Shown: positions 35,130-37,723 of the stretch, one piece after another | How positions within the stretch are numbered: the first letter of the stretch is position 1 | Layout: each line of letters begins with the position of its first letter | From: Chiloscyllium plagiosum | Taxonomy: Eukaryota | Length of the DNA: 37,723 bases | Reading direction: 5' to 3' | NCBI RefSeq assembly: GCF_004010195.1 | Contig: NW_025215255.1 | Location: forward strand, 40,037 to 77,759 | Made by a program: the position numbers and the translations under genes | Notes under the pieces: generated by a model | What the model was told of the DNA's origin: nothing | The model's database searches: none | Seen by the model: only the letters and a program-made list of their open reading frames with translations

Positions 35130-35845
35130 CTGAGAGCTACACAGGAGGATGGGGGTGGGGTGTGGAGGAAGGTATTTGGGAAGGTGATAGGTGGATGCAG
35201 GTGGGGTGATTATGATAGGTTTATGGGGAGGGTGGAATGGATAGGTGGGAAGGAAGATGGACAGATAGGTCAGGTCAAGAGGGCGGAGCCGAATTGGAGG
35301 GTTGGATCTAGGATGAGGTGGGAGGGGAGGGGAGACACACGCATCCAACAATCCCACTCCCACTCCACCAAGGTCATGCAAGTCCTGGGCTTCTTCCACC
35401 GCCAATCCACCTGGCTACTGGAAAAAGAACGCCTTGTCTTCTACCTTGGGACACTTCAACCACATGGCAACCACGTCGATTTCACTAGTTTCCAAATCTC
35501 CCCTCCCCCAACCTCATCCCAGATCCAACCCTCCTACTTGGCTCTGCCTTCTTGACCTGACCTATCTGTCCATCTTCCTTCCCACCTATCTGCTCCACCC
35601 TCCCCACCGACCTATCACAATCACCCTCCATCTACATCCACCTATCGCTTCCCCAGCTACCTTCCCCACACCCCACCCCACCCTCCTATGTATCTCTCAG
35701 CCCCTTTCCCCATCCACATTCCTGATGAAAGGCTTATGCCCGAAGCATCAACTCTCCTCCTCAGACACTGCCTGACCTGCTGTGCTTTTCCAGGGCCACA
35801 CTTTTCAACTCTGACTATCCAGCATCTGCAGTCCTCACTTTCTCT
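35130..35845 (+). mobile_element. Penelope-like element: inverted terminal segment, GIY-YIG C-terminus and tail
   Basis: About 35140-35335 is the reverse complement of about 35497-35690. The centre reads HSTKVMQVLGFFH..LEKERLVFYLGTLQPHGNHVDFTSF. CTGATGA-AAGGCTTATGCCC-GAAG lies at 35722-35745. Confidence 0.88.
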
Positions 35846-36549
35846 CATTCCTTGTTCCAGTCCTAATCCGGGCCCCACTTGACATGGATCAAGAATATAT
35901 CCAAGCGGTTCTTCCGGATTTAGTTAAAATGCAATTAAGGGGAGATACAATGATGGCAATTTGCTTAAATATCAATATTTATTAAGTAATAATTTTAAAA
36001 AGTGGAAACGAAAGGGCAAGCAAAGCTATAAGGCTTATGCCCTGCTGCCCACTGGGGACACCTCAATCAACGGCTGGTCTGCAGGCTTAGGTTTGTTCCT
36101 GGCACTGATCGCAATCTCGGTCACAGGTGAAGACCAAAAACATGGAACAAAACTCTCACACTTATACAATGTAACAAACAGCCAGCACAGAAAAGCAGAT
36201 ACAGAATTCAAGCTGCTTGCAAGTACAGAAAGCAAGTTTTGATTACGTCGGCTGTGGTATGTACAGGAATGTTCACAGGACTCATTCAAGGTCATCTAGC
36301 CGTCAAATATCATCAACAATTTTAGCCCTTCAGCCCATTCTATATAATCCACCACTGATGATATTTGACAGCACATGTTACAATTGCAAATGCAGAAGTA
36401 AATCAGCAATAGCCACGTGAGAATGTATAACAAGAGCATATAACCTACACCAGAAAATTAAAATGATAACGAAAATAACTATAATCAAATTAATAATCAC
36501 GGTGGCCTTTTTCATGAGATTAATTACAGCAGCTGCCAACTGATGAATC

Positions 36550-37016
36550 ATGGAGATAGTGAGAACTGCCAATGCTGGAGAGTCAGCATTTATAAAGAGT
36601 GGAGCTGGAAAAAAGCAGAGTAGGTCAAGCAGCATCAGCAGAGAAGGGGATTTGACATTTCAGGCCAGACCTTTCATTAGGACTGGGGGAGGAGAAGGGG
36701 GCTGCGAAATAAATAGAGGGAGGGGGTGGAGATTAAGCAAAGGTGGGTGAGATGGCGATGCAAGGAGAAGGTGGCTCTGATTGGTCAGTGGGAAAGGTAG
36801 AGTGGATAAATGGGAAGGAAGATTGACAGGTAGGGTCAGGTTAAGGGGGCAGGTTGGAGAGGGAGAGCTGGGCCTGGGAAGACTAGAGGATGGGGAGATT
36901 TGGAATTCTATGTTAAGGCTGTAGGGTTGTAAGCTCCCGAGGCGGAGGATGAGGTGTTCTTTCTCCAGTTTGCATGTTGCCTTGTGTTGACTGTAGAGGA
37001 GGCCCAGGATAAGCAT
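36550..37016 (-). mobile_element. Penelope-like element 3' fragment
   Basis: Peptide ILGLLYSQHKATCKLEKEHLILRLGSLQPYSLNIEF; decayed hammerhead cctaatgaaaggtctggcctgaaatgtc on the minus strand. Confidence 0.85.
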
Positions 37017-37017
37017 G

Positions 37018-37723
37018 TCAGAGAGTCATAGAGACATACAGCATCTCATAATTTTGTAAACCTCTATAAAGTCACCCCTCAGCCTCCAACGCTCCAGGAA
37101 AAACAGCCCCAGCTTGTTCAGCCTCTCCCCATAGCTCAAATCCTCCTTGAAAATCTTTTCTGAACCCTTTCAAGTTTCACAACATCTTTCCAAACAGAAG
37201 GAGACCAGAATTTAACACAATATTCCAACAGTGGCCTAACCAATGTCCTGTACAGCCGCAACATAACCTCCCAACTCCTGTACTCAATACTCTGACCAAT
37301 AAAGGAAAGCATACCAAACGCCTTCTTCACTATCCTATCTACCTGCGACTCCACTTTCAAGGAGCTATGAACCTGCACTCCAAGGTCACATTGTTCAGCA
37401 ACACTCCCTGGGACCTTACCATTAAGTGGATAAGTCCTGCTAAGATTTGCTTTCCCAAAATGCAGCACCTCACATTTATCTGAATTAAACTCCATCTGCC
37501 ACTTCTCAGCCATTTGGTCCAGATCCTGTTGTCATCTGAGGTAGCCCTCTTCGCTCTCCACTACACCTCCAATTTTTGTGTCATCTACAAACTTACTGAC
37601 TGTACCTCGCAGCCAAATCATTTATGTAAATGACAAAAAGTAGAGGACACAGCACCGATCATTGTGGTACCGCACTGGTCACAGGCCTCCAGTCTGAAAA
37701 ACAACCCTCTGTCCTCTACATTT
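37018..37723 (-). mobile_element. CR1 RT/3' fragment with internal deletions
   Basis: Peptide AEKWQMEFNSDKCEVLHFGK..LYRTLVRPLLEYCVKFWSP; KFVDDTKIGGVV upstream. Confidence 0.95.

Noticed and set aside
36035..36635. Hydrophobic minus-strand ORFs as a GPCR or membrane protein
   Set aside because: The frames are not continuous, one ORF starts inside a Penelope tail, and the hydrophobicity follows from T-rich composition.

Overview
Repeat-dominated vertebrate draft-scaffold DNA with five N gaps (8794-9637, 10689-11440, 15830-16109, 19291-19335, 26688-27433). The repeat families suggest a cartilaginous fish, probably a shark (inference): CR1/L2 LINE fragments, V-SINE/HE1-type and Deu-type SINEs, and Penelope-like elements carrying hammerhead-ribozyme motifs. 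No intact host protein-coding gene is recognisable. The dominant feature is a ~9.4 kb array of ~65-bp monomers (17271-26687). It has two monomer types, a polar layout and variable-length higher-order blocks of 13-22 monomers. The main monomer contains a heptamer/12-bp spacer/nonamer arrangement resembling a RAG recombination signal, and a weaker opposing signal lies 5 bp away, giving a D-segment-like geometry. This is speculative, and no V, J or C segments are visible. Two pairs of diverged, non-repeat segments about 14 kb apart suggest an old tandem duplication carrying decayed exons. Element boundaries are approximate because they were read by eye.
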